NCBI GenBank assembly: GCA_010356995.1
Contig: ML996703.1
Coordinates: 558,001 to 622,000 of the forward strand
Source of the DNA: Trichodelitschia bisporula
Taxonomy: Eukaryota
DNA length: 64,000 nucleotides
Reading direction: 5' to 3'
Notes under the pieces: generated by a model
What the model was told of the DNA's origin: nothing
Databases searched by the model: none
Seen by the model: only the letters and a program-made list of their open reading frames with translations
Part shown: in pieces, positions 1 to 13,840 of the stretch
Layout of the letters: the number at the start of each line of letters is the position of its first letter
Position numbering within the stretch: position 1 is the stretch's first letter
Position numbers and translations under genes: made by a program

Positions 1-226
1 GCTGCTGCCTGTGACGCTGGTGCACGTGGGTGTGGGTGATGCCTGTTCGAAGTGGATCTCGATATCATTGAGCATGGACGCGCTACCGTATAACGCCGAA
101 AATGAACACCTGCACATCGCAGAAAACAAGCAGTCTAGTCTACCGAAACAGTACAACAAGGGGAGGGGTATACGCATCATTCATCCATCCATCCTGATCA
201 TCACACACCAGTAATCGTGAGGAGCA

Positions 227-2754
227 CTAAAATCTCTCCATCAAGTTCCGCCTTACCGTCCACATACGCGCCCTCTTGCCAAAGATAAACAGAGGCACAG
301 TGAACACCAGCACGCCGAGCTGGATCCCCCCAATGGCCAAGAACACCTTCTTGCTCCCGTCCGCCTCGAGCCAGCGTGTGAAGAACAGGCTGAAGACCAG
401 GCCATGGAAGATATCTGCGCGTCAAAGTCAGCATCTCAGGGTCTAAAACAGAAAAATACCGGGGAAGGGACCACTCACTCTTCGCAAAATTCAGCGTTAC
501 CAACGCCTCCCCCGCATACGCCCGGTAACTATCCACGCAAAACGTAATCGCCGTCGTGCTCCCCAGCGTACACCCAAAACTAATAACGCCAAAGAAAACC
601 GTCGGCACGATCCACGCATCGCGCTCCTCGGCACTCCACCCAAACCCCCAAAGCCCAATCGTCGTGCACAGCGCCACGGGAATGGCCATGACGAGGCGGA
701 ACTCCGGCTCGTACACGCCGCCGTTGCGCCGCGACATGGCGCGGACAATAATGTCGGACACTTTGCCCGCGACGGCGGTGCCGAGCACGCCGCCGATGAA
801 GGGCGAGATGTACACCAGGCCTGTCTGCAGCGCGGTGAAGTGGTACGTGTCGCGGGAGCGGTATATGCCGGATACGCTCTCAGAGAGGACGATCAGCCAC
901 CCCACGCTGAGCGCGTACACGGCTGACGACCAGAGCACGGCGGGGTAGCAGTAGAGGATGAAGGGCCGCGCGGCGACGCGCAGCCAGGAGTCGGAGCAGA
1001 TGCGCCCGTTCCACGGGACGAGCGTCTCGAGGTACGGCTTCATGCCTGGTTCTGGGGGTTCGCCGGCGGAACCATGTGAAGGAGTGCGGGAAACGGCTTT
1101 AGGCTCGACAACGGAAGTCGGTGGAGAGGTAAGCGCAGGCGACGAGAGGACGCCGACGTGCTCAATGTCCTTCTTTTCGTCCTCGGCGTTGGCCGGGAGC
1201 ACGACGTGCCGCTCCTCTTGAGTCTTCTGCAAGTCCGCGGTAGGGGCCTCTCTGCCGCCCGTTGGTAGCGCAAAGTAGTCCGTCCCTTCATTCTCATCCC
1301 CAGCGCTCGTCTTCCCCTTATACCACGGCGAATTTAGATTGCGAAGGTCGGGGGTTGCGGGTTTCAGTGTGCTATTCTGCTCCACAGCCCATGCCTCAGG
1401 GTGATCCCAACTCGATGCTGGACGCGAAGTCTGAGCGGCGGGGTCGGTGGCGGGGAGCATGATCGGCGGCGGCCTTGCGCGGGTCGACTCCGGGGTGGCA
1501 GAGTCTAGAACTTCGACGGTAGGGATAGTGACTGCGGGATCGGACGCGAAGGCAACATGCACGGTGGGGTCATGGCGCTTTGTTTCCGGCGAGGGGAGCG
1601 TCGAGGGGAGCGCCGAGGTGTGAGCGGCATGTTTCGACGATTTGAGGCGGGAGAAGTGAGGCCGGGCAAAGCTGCGTACGGATTTGGCGGACGCCGGACG
1701 CATGGCATGTCTTGGTCGGGGCGTGCGGTCCCAGAAGGTCTCGGGGACGAAGAAGAAGAGGAGGAAAAAGCAGCCGCCGACGATGGCAGAGACGACCCTC
1801 AAGGACAAGGGTTAGCTGGCTACGGGGCTTGGGGCTTAGGTCTCGGGGGTGGGGGTTACCAGAAGGTCCATCGCCAGTCCATCGCCCCGATGATGGCGGC
1901 ACTGACGAGGGGGATGAGGTTCTTCCCTCCCAGCAGAAGCAGCGTGTAGATACCCAGCCGGTACGCACGCTCGTGCAGGAAGAAAATCTCGGCTATGGTG
2001 GCCGATGGCAGACACTCCACCGGACTGACAGCCACACCCTGAAAGACACGTGCCACGAGCAGCGAGTTGTAACTCGGGCTCAGGGCACACCACACGGAGG
2101 TGAGGATGAACATGATGGCGGTAGCCAGGTACACGGGCCTCTTGCCGAACAAAATGGCTGTCGGGCTCATGATGACGCTCCCCAGCCCCAGTCCCATCAT
2201 ATACAAGCCCGTCGTCAGCGCAACCTGGGGCACAGTGACGTTGTACGTGTCGGCTACGTCGTCGAAGCCTGCCGCTAGCAGCGGTGTCATTCCGCCGCCG
2301 ACCATGCAGTAGAAGCCGAGTGATAGCAGGGCGGCATTACGCCGCCACAGCGGCCAGTTGAGCGGATCGTTGGCCGAGGCATCGGGCTGCGGATCGAGTA
2401 TGATTTTGCCGTCTTTCGTACGCTTGAGATGGGAGCGCGTGGGTGTGCGGGAGCGGTTGCGCGAGCCGGACGGATAAGGAGAGGGGATCGAGGAGGAGGA
2501 GGTGCGGGCGGGTTGATGCTGGAGGCCGAGGGGCTCATTGCGCTTGGAGTATTTGGAAAGGAGGAGGACGGAGCCTGAAGGATTAGCGATCAAGGCTACG
2601 GATGCCGATGGGAGAGAGACGCACCTGGCACTTCGTCCGTCTGCTTGTCGTTTAACACGCCGAAACTCCATTTGGCGGGTCGTGGAGCGTTCTTCTCGAC
2701 GTCGAGCGAAGGCGTTCTACTCTCATCTTCACGCGGTGGTGAAGTGGACGGCAT
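227..2754 (-). CDS. MFS transporter, Hol1-like (DHA1 family), with long Pro/Ser-rich central loop; 4 exons (2754-2625, 2574-1860, 1797-479, 414-227)
   Basis: ILDPQP..S.NDPLNWPLWRR N-terminal motif, GKRPVYL and IFFLHER motifs, RRNGGVYEPEFRL loop and about 12 hydrophobic segments. Three introns join the frames to a TAG at 227-229. Confidence 0.9.
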
Positions 2755-4464
2755 TGTAATGGACGTCGTGGACGTCGTGGATGACGAGGACGCGGGTGGT
2801 AAATTAGTGGTGTTGAACGGACGCGATGCTAATCGGTCGCCTCGCAAGCGCCACTCGATCTGAAATAATGGGTATTGAATGTGCGCCGGGGTCCTCCTCG
2901 TTATTCGACCGGCGTCGTTTCAAGCAACAGCGTCCAACAGCGTCCAGTCCGATGATCACCACGCGATCGTCCGGTCAGGGATCCAAACGCAGCGATGACG
3001 TCGCGACGGAAGTGGCAGGGAGGGGTGGAAGACGACAGAGGAAGGACAAGAAACAATCAAAATGCAGAAGAAACCCCAACACGGCTTGATCAAAAATCGA
3101 GATGAATCGACATGCGTCTAACGATGGCCATATATTCGTCTTCGATCGTCGGTCGTTGCTCATCTCTCTCGCACACTCCCTCTCCTCTCCTCCCCTCCCC
3201 TCCCTCCGCTCCATCACATTCCTTGCCTCGCCTCCCCAAGCACGTCCCCCCTCGCGCCCAGCAACTCCACTCATCATCACCCACCAAACAAACACACTAG
3301 TTCCAGCCGCAGTGTGGAGAGTGGAGGAACTCCCTCTGAGCGGGAGAGCCGATATCTCGGCTGCATGAGAACAACGGCGGATGGCTTGAGCGCGTGCGGC
3401 TGATAAAGCCCGTGTTCACGTCGTTGGTTGGTGTGGCTGCGGGGGAGATAGAGGGTGGTTGGTGAGATTTGAGGCTCCAAAGCCCGAGGGGGGGCTGGGG
3501 TTTGAATTGTGCAAACCGTCGCAAAGAGTCCAGACTCGTTGCGAGATGCCACAAGCGCCGCTTCACACTACGATACGGGTATGCAGCAGCGGAGAACACC
3601 GAGCAATGTTGTAACTCTCTTACCGTACAAACACAACATCCAGATTCCGGGCATGCCACCGCTGCCACTCCACTACCCCCAACCCCACGATCTTCCCCCC
3701 GCTGTCCCCCACGACTCGCGCTGACGTCTCCATGCACTCCACTGCTGCACCTTATTTCAACCTCCCCTTTTCTCCCCGTTTCGCTGTCTCTCTAGCCTCA
3801 AACTCTCCATCGCGGAATAATCCAGTTCCCAACTGCCTTCCACCCACTTCCATCCTCCTCTCCTACGGTAATCGTCCATCTCGTGCGAACTGAAGGCCCA
3901 CAATCTCACCTCACGCGCCTACCACTTCCACATGCGCCAACCCTCAACGTGACCCCCCCGCTGCCCCAATGCCTACCCCATCTGCAGCAGATGACCAACC
4001 GGGGATCGCCCGCGCTGCCTCACATGCCTGCCGCCAACACAACCCAATGGCCATCGCCGCTGCGACGCGTCAAGTTACCCTCCAACCTGTCTCTCGTCAG
4101 GTGTTCCGTGGATGGGTGCACGGGGATGCGGTCCGTGGCGGCGTGGAAGCTTCTCTCCCCAAATAGACTTGCGTCAGGCTGCATTCAAGATCTCACTTCG
4201 AACCCCCCGCATCCATGCACACCTACCACAGTACGGAGTGCGGGCATTCCCTTCACGTCTCTGCCATTCAAATCCAAGTACGCATTGCTTGGCCTAGACA
4301 TGATGCTATCTAAATCATATCTAGATACAATATAGCCGAGAGATGTTTAGATGGCTAATGATCTTTCGCCCGGTTTAGCGATGCTCGTTAAGAATGCTTT
4401 GTAGGTTGTAGTGATGCCGTGGATGCCCATTACCCCTATGAACACCCCTCCTTGCAGTCATTGA

Positions 4465-5851
4465 CTACAACAGATCGAGCATGCTACGCTTCGCCTCCAC
4501 CTCCGCCGTCATCCACTCGCTATCAACCTCCATCGGCACTTCTTCCTCCTCCATCTCCTCAATGTAGAATCCCTTGAACACCGTGCTCCATCCCACCTTC
4601 GCCGGCCGCGTAACCATGCGGTACTCGGCCTTTTGGAGTACCAGGAGCTCGCCGTTCGTGGAGAACGGGCTGTCCATGGCCACCTGATGCCGCATGCGCT
4701 GGCGCGGACGACGCTTGCCGATAAAGCTCCGGTGCCATGTTCCCGTCCCATGCTGGATGCGACAGCTCTTGTCCCAGAACATCTCATGATCGTGCTGCCA
4801 GTACGCTGCACCCCTTCTCCTCGACAGAGAACTTCATACAGTCTAAGCACTGTCCGTCAAAATAGTCACGGATGAAGCACTTGGTGATCTGGACCACCTC
4901 GTAGCCCTCGATGTTGCGGAGGGGGCTCCTACAGCCATCACACGCGCCCAGGGTTTCGAACTTGAAGTCGTGCAGGCAGTTAAGGAGATAGGACATATTG
5001 TGTTCCTTGGTCTTGACCTCCACGGGCCACACCCCTCTCTTCGTAAGCAATCGCTGGTATTGGAAGACCGTGGTGGCCTTGCAGATGCAGGTTGCACTCT
5101 CGAGCAGCGGAGTGATGGGGTTCCACAGGCCCAAAATGAGCAACGCCTGCAGGTGCGCTTTAGCCGCGTTGAGCTCCACTGATTTGGTAAGTATTGGACT
5201 TTCGCAATCGACTCTTACTCACCCAAGGCTGCCGGTGGGATCTTCTGCCACGCCCGGTCCGGGTGCCGAGCGAGGTGTGGATTATCGTCCATGATCAGAC
5301 CATAGCTAGTATAGACGAGACGCCGTGTGGAATAAGCGTATCCGTGCGGGTGGTCAAAGGACCAGCAAAGATACATCAGCTGTGCAGCCGACTCGGCCTC
5401 GATGTTCTTACCCCGATGGCACCACCACTTGGCGAACCAGTTACCGAGCAGCGTCAAGTCTATCTCATACCTTTTTGAGATTGGAGCAAGATGCCACAGC
5501 TTCTTGACGGGGAGATTCATCAATTTATCGTAGTTTTCCTCGTTCTCGTGAAGCACACGGAGCCATATCTCCATTGCCGTCAGGTTGTCACCCTCGAGCG
5601 AGATATACGGGCGAGGCATGGTCTCGAAGGCCTTGTCGATCATCTCAACTAGTGCCTTAAAGTGTCGCTTGACGATGTCGGACTTGACTAGGAAGCCCGT
5701 CTTTGACACTGTGACGCGCTTCATTGGGCCATCTTCGCTCGCAGAGTCCGGGCCGTCCTCGAACTTGGTGTAGCGAATCTCGAAGTCATGCGGCTTTCCA
5801 ACGTGGATCCATTTTGGGGGGGGTGATGGGGCCGCTCGTCTTGGTGACCAT
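4465..5851 (-). pseudogene. BTB/POZ-like fungal protein with Cys-rich C-terminus, apparently frameshifted (pseudogene or assembly error)
   Basis: ORF 5215-5940 has BTB-like signatures (ISLEGDNLTAMEIWLRVLH, LWHLAPISKRYEID, CWSFDHPHGY). Intron 5179-5222 joins it to ORF 4784-5179 (DYFDGQCLDC). The expected tail YWQHDHEMFWDKSCRIQHG is in another frame. Start uncertain. Confidence 0.6.
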
Positions 5852-8237
5852 CCTAGCGCGCTGGCGCTGATGTAGGCGATTGAAGAACGAGCAAAGCACC
5901 AAAGAATGCTAAGCGGGATAAAGAACGAGTCTTCATGCACGAGATGCAGGACCGGTGTGAGGAAGGGAGATTTTAGCTATATTCTTGTTGTTGAGGTTGG
6001 ATTTTGAGAAGGTTCGATGGACGAGACCCGGCCCTATCACTGGAGGGACAGGCACGAATGCGACCACGGAGGAAGGCACGACTCAGGTCAAGTACTACAA
6101 AGATCTCAACAACTCCTTTGAGCATTATTGCATACTGACAATCATGTGCCCACATCCCAGTCAGTCATGGAATTCTCCCGCCATTCTCCTCCGTCTCTAA
6201 CATTTGGGCTCCCAATGCTTTATTCGGATGCCTGTTGAGAAAAGTGAGTATAGGCCACACACTGGCAGCATGTACAGGTTTCACTCCCGCGTTGGCATAC
6301 TTCTCATAGGGTTTAGCTTTCTTGTACATCTTCTATATTCGCTGGCCTGCTTTCGGGTTCGTTGGGCTGACGACGAACGAGCACTAAATCCCTGCGGCTG
6401 GCGAGAATGGTACCTAGGGTCAAGGAAAATACGCAGCCGAGTCGACTTTCCGTCTAACGTTGAACCTGCCTTCATCCTTAGGAAGCCGTTCAATGCCCGG
6501 ATGAGGAGACTGGGGGCAGCGAGTCCACTTGATATCATACCGGCTTCATACGCATTTTCTTCATGCTTGGATTGTATTCCTGCGGTGGTGCAAGTCAGGC
6601 TTCAAACATTCGAAGCAGGATTGCATATACTTAGGCTGAGCATCGTCGAGGTACGGCTGGCTTGTTAGCAAGGTTCGGACATATTGAAGGCCAACCTACC
6701 AGGAGTGTATTCCAACGATTTCATAAGCACTAGCTGATTTATGGTGCCCACAGCGGCGAACAAGGAGGAGGGGTTGCGAATTTGGCTCCAGCTTCGGAGG
6801 AGCCTGCATCGATAATGGGAACCGGTCCAGCTTCCTATTTGCCTGACCCACACGGGAAACAGCTTCTCGGCTGGCATCAGGCAAGGGAGCTACGAACCAC
6901 AGCGCTGATTGAACTGTAAGGCTGACTGATAGAGGAAAGGGAGGACAAGGTGCAGGTGGGCAAGCGGAAGTGAGAGGCTGATTGCTAAAATCCACTTGGT
7001 AGCCTAGCTGCCACTCTTCATCGAGGGTTAACGCTCGGTTAACGCTCATGGACCGTGACTGATCTGCATCAAAGAGGAAGACTGCAAGCGGGCTGCTCTC
7101 CGCTGCTGCGTTTACTACATGTCCAGTTTCCCCATCGCGTCGGCAACGCGAGATCATGTGCGTACTGAACGAAGCTGAAAGGACCCCTTGGACCTTGGCA
7201 GCCCTTACCATTTCTGAGATTGCCCAGCAAAACCCCAAGGCCCCAATCGCGGCTAGCTAGACGCCATCCGATCGTCTCACAGATTGGCCCCACATTTCTG
7301 TTCCGAACAAGCGCGCGAGTATCGTCAGGCCCGAGACAGTGAATTAGCCGACGGCAAGTAATGGCCACTCCACTCATTGTCGTATATCGGCCAGGGAGGA
7401 TGCAGCTCGGAATGCCCCGAGAGCACGGCTTTGGGCGCGCTTGGCGCGCTGGTTACACGAACGCCGGGTTCACGAAGCCAGAGGATCACGCAAGGTCAGA
7501 AGCCACTACGATCAGCGGCTTGAGTGGCGGCTGGGATGGAAGGAGGGGTGCCTTGTGTGAAGCATACAAGAACCCGGTGCCTGGAATGTCGCTCTTGAGG
7601 GAATTTATCGAAGTACGCGCAATCCACCGCCTCTCAGCTCCCAGCGGAGAAGAACGGCGGGAAGAGGAGCTGGTTTGCTTCAAAATAGCGCATATCAGGT
7701 TGCTGGACAATCGGTGAACACGTTGAAGCAGTCGGACCGAGGCGCACGCCCCGCATTGCACCAGACTCGGCGCCCGTGGGTTGTGCGACGACCGCCTACG
7801 ACAATGTTGATGCCACGACCCCGGAGGAGGCGGGAGGAGTCAGTGATCTAAGAACACCCACGAAGTAACTGATCACACGAGTTCCTGCATGCTGGCGGTA
7901 AGCTCGGATGGACAGCAGCTTCAGTGGCAGAGTCAACATCTCACGATTTCCGCAATGGGATAATCGCTCAGTAGAGCCTTGCGCCATGGACCACCAGGGA
8001 CTTTGTGGACTGCTGAAGGAGGCGGCTGCCAACACGCAGCAATACTTGGTTGGCACTCATTGGGCTGGAAGCCAATGATGCATGGTCCGGATCCGCGAAG
8101 CAAAACGCGTACGAGTGGGGGTCTCGGGGGCTTGATGCCAGGCAAGGCATTACTATGGGGTAATTGTATCGCAATTAAGCAACCTGAGCGGTGACGCTTC
8201 ATGGTTTGAGCTGCGACCATGGTCCGAGTGGGGTAGT

Positions 8238-8286
8238 GAGACTCGAGAGATAGAGACTCGAGAGATAGAGACTCGAGATAGAGACT
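8238..8286. repeat. Short tandem repeat of GAGACTCGAGAGATA (15 bp, about 3.3 copies)
   Basis: Directly visible: two perfect copies, one 13-bp copy and a partial copy. Confidence 0.9.
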
Positions 8287-10865
8287 AATACGCACAAGTC
8301 GAGTAAGCCGCAACGATTACCGTACGAAGGGAGGGTGCAATGGCTATAAGCGCGTACAGATCAACGGGAAGATGGCGCGCCTGCGCGAGGCATTATTCGA
8401 CTTTCTTTTGTCCAATCCGCCGCGGACGATGATGCTTTTTATGTCACTGTACGTGCGGCTCGTCACCGACTAACGCCTCCGGCTGTCACTGTGGCGCAGG
8501 ACGGCAAAGGGCTGGGAGCAGAAGATGACGGGAATATAAGAAATTTGATCAAGAGAAACTATTACAGCACCGTACTCCGTAGATGATCAAGGATGGAGTG
8601 TCCAGATGGGTTGTGGGAGTCGAGAGAGGGGTTGCTTCTTTCCGGGCTATCAGGACTTGCGGGGGTTTGAAGCGGGGTGAGAATTTTCGAGTACGAAACC
8701 CAAAAAGCTGTTGCGCACACAAGACAATATTCCCCACACGCTTGTGCGTCGGTCTTGATTTGCATGTCTTGCTTGCTTCCCGCTTCATGGGCTTTGGTCT
8801 GCAGGCGCAGGGCTGGGGAAACACGATGGCTTTTCCAGGCAGCCACCCCCGTCTTTCTCGTTCTCCCTAATTTTTCCATGGCTGGACATGAGGATGGGAT
8901 CCCGGGCGTTTTGCTTCGTTCTCTTGCTGTGGGTGACAGGCGGGGGGCGTTTGTAGGCGTGCGAGGAACAGGAAGGTCGAGAGGTTATGGCGTTATGTAA
9001 AGGTGCTCTTACTACATCCGTATTGCGCCAACTCGTATCGCCCTGATACCGCAGCCCATATCATTTTCATCATCCAGATCCTTCGCGCCCACTACCGTAT
9101 GGCATATATGGAGTATGTCATTTTTACTCATTCTCCAGCTCGCCATGGCGATGCATCACGCGACTGGAAGCTGCACCAAAGCACCTCTGACATGCAGCTC
9201 AGCGAGGACGGGCGAAAGCTGGTACGTCGTTGACCGGACCCCATCCATGCTCCCCGCCATTCTCATACCCCTCCCCATGACTGCTCACCTCACATGCAGC
9301 TCCATCGGAAGAGCATCAACCACTCGCATACAAGCCGTTGTCCAACCTCGTCCAGCAAACCATTACACCGGCGCTTCCTCCGCCCATGCCTTGCTAGTTG
9401 ATCGTTACGTATCGCTACCGTCTCTTCCCCGCGTTTCTCCCTTCCCATGCTGCTCCGCACCCCGTCCCTGCAGGTTACGTTGATCATGGCAAAACGAGGC
9501 GGAGACACTTGTACCAGGACGGAGTATTCTAGCCGAAGAGTTCCTCTGGCGGCCACTTTGATCCCTTGTCAACCGTTTGTTCCGCGTCTACGCCCCCGCT
9601 TGCCTTTCATCCCTCCCCTCTCCCGTTCCCCCCCTCCCCCCGACGAACCGTATCTTCAAACACCCTCCCCAGCCCCTAGGATGCTTGTTTGGTGTCTGCC
9701 TTCCCAGCTCTGCCGTCCGTCGCCCCTTCAGAGTGGGCCTTTTGGGCAGCTAAAGCTCGCTGCGTTGGGCATATGTCGGGGCGAGCGAAATCGGACTTCA
9801 CGCTCGATCTGTGGCGATTGATGGATGCGGAAAGACGTGCTGCGGTCAGCCACAACTGGCAGATCTCGCCTGTCTTTCAAATAGGGATCTGGTTAGTGCA
9901 AATGAGGCCATGAGTGGGGAACAAGGCCCAACAAGGCCAAGAGCAGGAACTCCTAAGGCGCAGAAGGAGGCGTGGGACCCTCGAATGAAGCCAACCCCCA
10001 TGATGCGCTTGGTCGACCTGCATCTCCCGTGGCCATGCCTACCACTGCATCTCACCGCACACAGCCGGCGCCCCGCCTAGGCCTCGCTGCATCAAGTTAT
10101 GTGCGAGAGCCGAAAGGAAAAAAAAATAAACCAAGTGGGCGAAATTTCTCCCACGTTTTGCCTTTCCTCTTCCAGGCTGAGACTAGCTGTCGTCCCACAC
10201 ACCCACATACGCACATTCACTCACGCAAGCATCCAGCTACCCGTCCTGGTTTACTCTCTTACCCACGACAGCCCGCCCCAGCACCAAGGGCGTAAATCCA
10301 TACACGCCGCGCCAACCTGACATGCGCGCCAAAGCTCCAATACCCCGCGAATAGCTGGCCTCGACCCCATCGGCCCCACGTACTGCCTGTTCAGCACGAA
10401 AGTAGCACGTCTAGGATGGGTTAGGAGGCACACCCACTCGCCGAGCTGGGCGATGTCAGACTTGCGGCACCACTTCCGTACGAGAGCGCGCTTTTCTTCT
10501 ACTTACTTACTGCTGCTTGGACGGGAGTCGGCTGCTTCGCCTTTGCCCTTTGCCTTTATCACTTCCCCCACGCTATGATCTGACCTCCACACCTCGCGAG
10601 CCGCAGACAGAAAATCACGGGGCAAATTGGCCGCCACTTCATATGGCGTTGCAAATTCCTAGCCTCTCCGAATCTTTATCTCATCTTTACACTTGCCCGG
10701 TCCTTCCTGCCTATCTTCGTTCCGCTAGCCTGCGCAGCATCCGGTAGTGCCCTAGCCTGGTCATCGTGTATTGGCATCGAAACCCCAATTCGATTCACAT
10801 GATATTTTTCTCGGCCCGGATACTATAGAAACTGTGATCTTGGGACGCCTTTTCAATCTCAAGCA

Positions 10866-13084
10866 ATGCGTCGTTTGGCGACCACTTTCCCGGCACGTCG
10901 GCTCGCTCCGGCGCATTCAGCCAGCTCAAATTTCGGCAGACCGAGCACGACTTGGCAGCCGGCAATCACCTGGCGAGCCAGTAGCAGCACTGCTCACTCC
11001 GAAAGCACGGATAAGCCGGTTAAAGGCGGAGTCAAAAATGGCAACGGTGATGGGAAAAATGGCAGCTCTTTTTGGACAGCCCGACGCGTGCTGTTTGCGA
11101 CGGCTTTTACAGGGACGCTGGCGTACCTGTATGGTGTTGACGATGCGCGACGGCATTCGTCCGGATCGCGGAACAAGCATATCAGGAAGCCGACGTATGG
11201 TGGGAAGCGGGACATGGAAAATGTTAGTCTCTAGCGGAATGCTTTGCTCTTTTCATCTTGCCTTTCAATCTCTTTCACCTGAACAGTTTGGTCTAATTTT
11301 GGCCGGGTTTCCCGGCGTCAAAGGCCATTCGCGAATTGAGAGAAACGCTCGGTGCGGATACCATCAGCACAGATGATGAGGACCTGCGGATGCACGGCTA
11401 CTCGGAATGGTCGTCGATTAACATCGACCAGCTGCCTGTGGCAGTTGCGTACCCGAAATCTACGGAGGAAGTATCAACGATTGCAAAAGTGTGTCACAAA
11501 TACCGGATGCCGATGAGTACGTATATTTTGTTGGCTGCTCAGGGGCTAATAGTGCATAGTTCCGTATTCCGGCGGGTCGAGTCTCGAGGCTAACTTCTCG
11601 GCTCCTTTCGGTGGGATGAGTATCGATTTCACGTACATGGATAAAGTCCTGCAGCTCCATGAGGACGAGTAATGAATCACTCTGGATCGTCAAGTACCTG
11701 CTGACAGGCTGCAGTATGGACGTCGTTGTGCAACCATCTGTCCCCTGGATGAGTCTGAACGATCAGATAAAGCACTCCGGACTTTTCTTCCCGGTAGACC
11801 CAGGACCATCGGTTTGTTCGACGTTGAATTGAAGTGCGGCTCCGGCTGACGTACTGCAGGCGCGGATTGGTGGCATGGTTGGTACGAGCTGCAGGTACGT
11901 CAAAAGCAAAAGTACATTTAGCATAGAGACTAAGCGCTTTCGTAGTGGCACCAACGCCGTACGATATGGTACCATGAAAGACTGGGTTATCAATCTTACT
12001 GTTGTTCTCGCCGATGGCACGGTCATCAAGACTCGGCGAAGGCCACGGTAAGTGCCGACTTTCGGTGTAGGGCCTGCAACTGACGTTCCTCAGAAAGTCG
12101 TCGGCTGGATATAACCTGACCAATCTCTTCATCGGCTCGGAGGGGACATTGGGCCTTGTCACCGAGATCACCCTGAAACTCGCTGTCGTTCCGCAGGAAA
12201 CGAGCGTCGCTGTTGTCACCTTCCCCACCATCCGTGAGGCTGCTGCTGCCGCATCACGTATTATGCGTGCGGGTATCCCGGTTGCGGCCATGGAAATCAT
12301 GGACGAAGTGCAAATGTCTGTTATCAACAGGACCGGCTCCACCAAGCGGCGGTGGAAGGAGGTGCCGACCATGTTCTTCAAGTATGTCGCTCCTCTGTTT
12401 ACACCTCCTGACACTAATGCCTCTAGATTCTCCGGCACTAAGTCGGGAGTGAGTATCTTGTTCCATGGCTTGTGAACTGTGCGAGATGCTTATATCACTC
12501 AGGTCAAGGAGAACGTTGGCTTAGTCAAGGACATCGCTAAGCGGCACAACTGTGGCGACTTCGATTTCGCTATGGACGCTGACGAGCAGGCGACGCTATG
12601 GTCCGCACGGAAAGAGGCGCTGTGGAGCATGCTCGCCCTGCGCAAAGGGGACGAGGAGGTATGGTCAACGGACGTCGCTGTACCTCTGTCGCGCCTGCCG
12701 GACATCATTGGTAAGTAATGCGTGCCTGCACAACAGTCTCGTTCTCAACTCCTAGAAATCTCCAAGAAAGAAATGGACGATCTCGGCCTGTTCGCTAGTG
12801 TGCTAGGCCATATTGGCGACGGCAACTTCCACGAAAGTATTCTGTACAACAGTAAAGACCCGAAAGAGCGCGCGGCGGTCGAAGCGTGCATACACAAGAT
12901 GGTGGATAGGGCGCTCGAGATGGACGGGACCTGCACCGGCGAGCATGGCGTTGGCTTGGGCAAGAAGTCATCATTGATGAAAGAGTTGGGTGCTGACACC
13001 ATTGGTGTCATGAAGGGCATCAAGGCGGCGCTGGATCCGCTGTGGTTGATGAATCCGGGCAAAATCATGGATATGCCGAATTAG
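10866..13084 (+). CDS. DLD1: Mitochondrial D-lactate dehydrogenase (cytochrome), FAD-linked oxidase family; about 10 exons
   Basis: Arg/Ser-rich presequence, [58 protein letters not shown] and LDP..LMNPGK. Canonical introns link the ORF fragments. Confidence 0.93.
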
Positions 13085-13840
13085 GGGTGGAGACCTGGTA
13101 AGGTGTTAGGGGGGAAGCTGGCTTTCTCATGGGGAGGGACTTTACAGGCCTGGAAAAGTTGGATGTTTTTTTTGCATTTGGGCTGCTTTGGCTTCCTGCG
13201 CACTGCTCGTCTGGCTGTTTTGGAGTATGAAAGCTTCTTTCATTTGATGCATCTTCATCTCAGCCACGCAGGTTCATCAATACCATCTGGACATTGCTCG
13301 TTTGGGCATCGCGACTGCATTCTGGGTCCCCAAGGCTCTTGCATCATCAGGGTCAGTTGGGTAAGCATTGGGAGGCCTCTTGTCTTATGATCTTGCATCA
13401 TGTCTAGTTTGACACGCTTGCATTGATCTTCAAGTATCCATTGTTCGTTTGAGTAGCACTATGATGTGTCGCTTCTCGTTTCTGTTCGCTACTTCCTGGA
13501 TTTTAGTCGTTACTTGATGTTGAAGTTTGAAACTATCATCCCGTCCTTTCGCCTTAGTAGTTTTTAAGTCAGATAATATTTATTCCAGCGGAGGCGGTCG
13601 AGATGTGAACGATTCAGTATTTGTTGTCTCGTGCGCTTCGAGGCTGTCGTGTCTGTTGACAAGGCAGCGTGGCCCGTGCGCTAGAATCGCAAGATGTCAG
13701 TGCGCACGGACCTCTGCCAAGGCGGTCCCACAATTGCCCGTGATCCGCTTAGCGAGGCACTTGAAGTGAATTTCGCACTCCCACACCACACTTCCTCAGT
13801 CAACCTCAAGTCTACTAACCGTGATCAACGACTAGCAATC

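Noticed and set aside
2755..3140. Hol1-type regulatory uORF ending in Pro-Ser-stop upstream of the MFS gene
   Set aside because: No upstream ATG within about 350 nt; the nearest short ORF ends SIHLDF* and has no PS* motif.
6204..10750. Many 60-180 aa ORFs in the BTB-DLD1 interval
   Set aside because: No recognisable motifs or consistent splice structure; expected by chance in GC-rich DNA.
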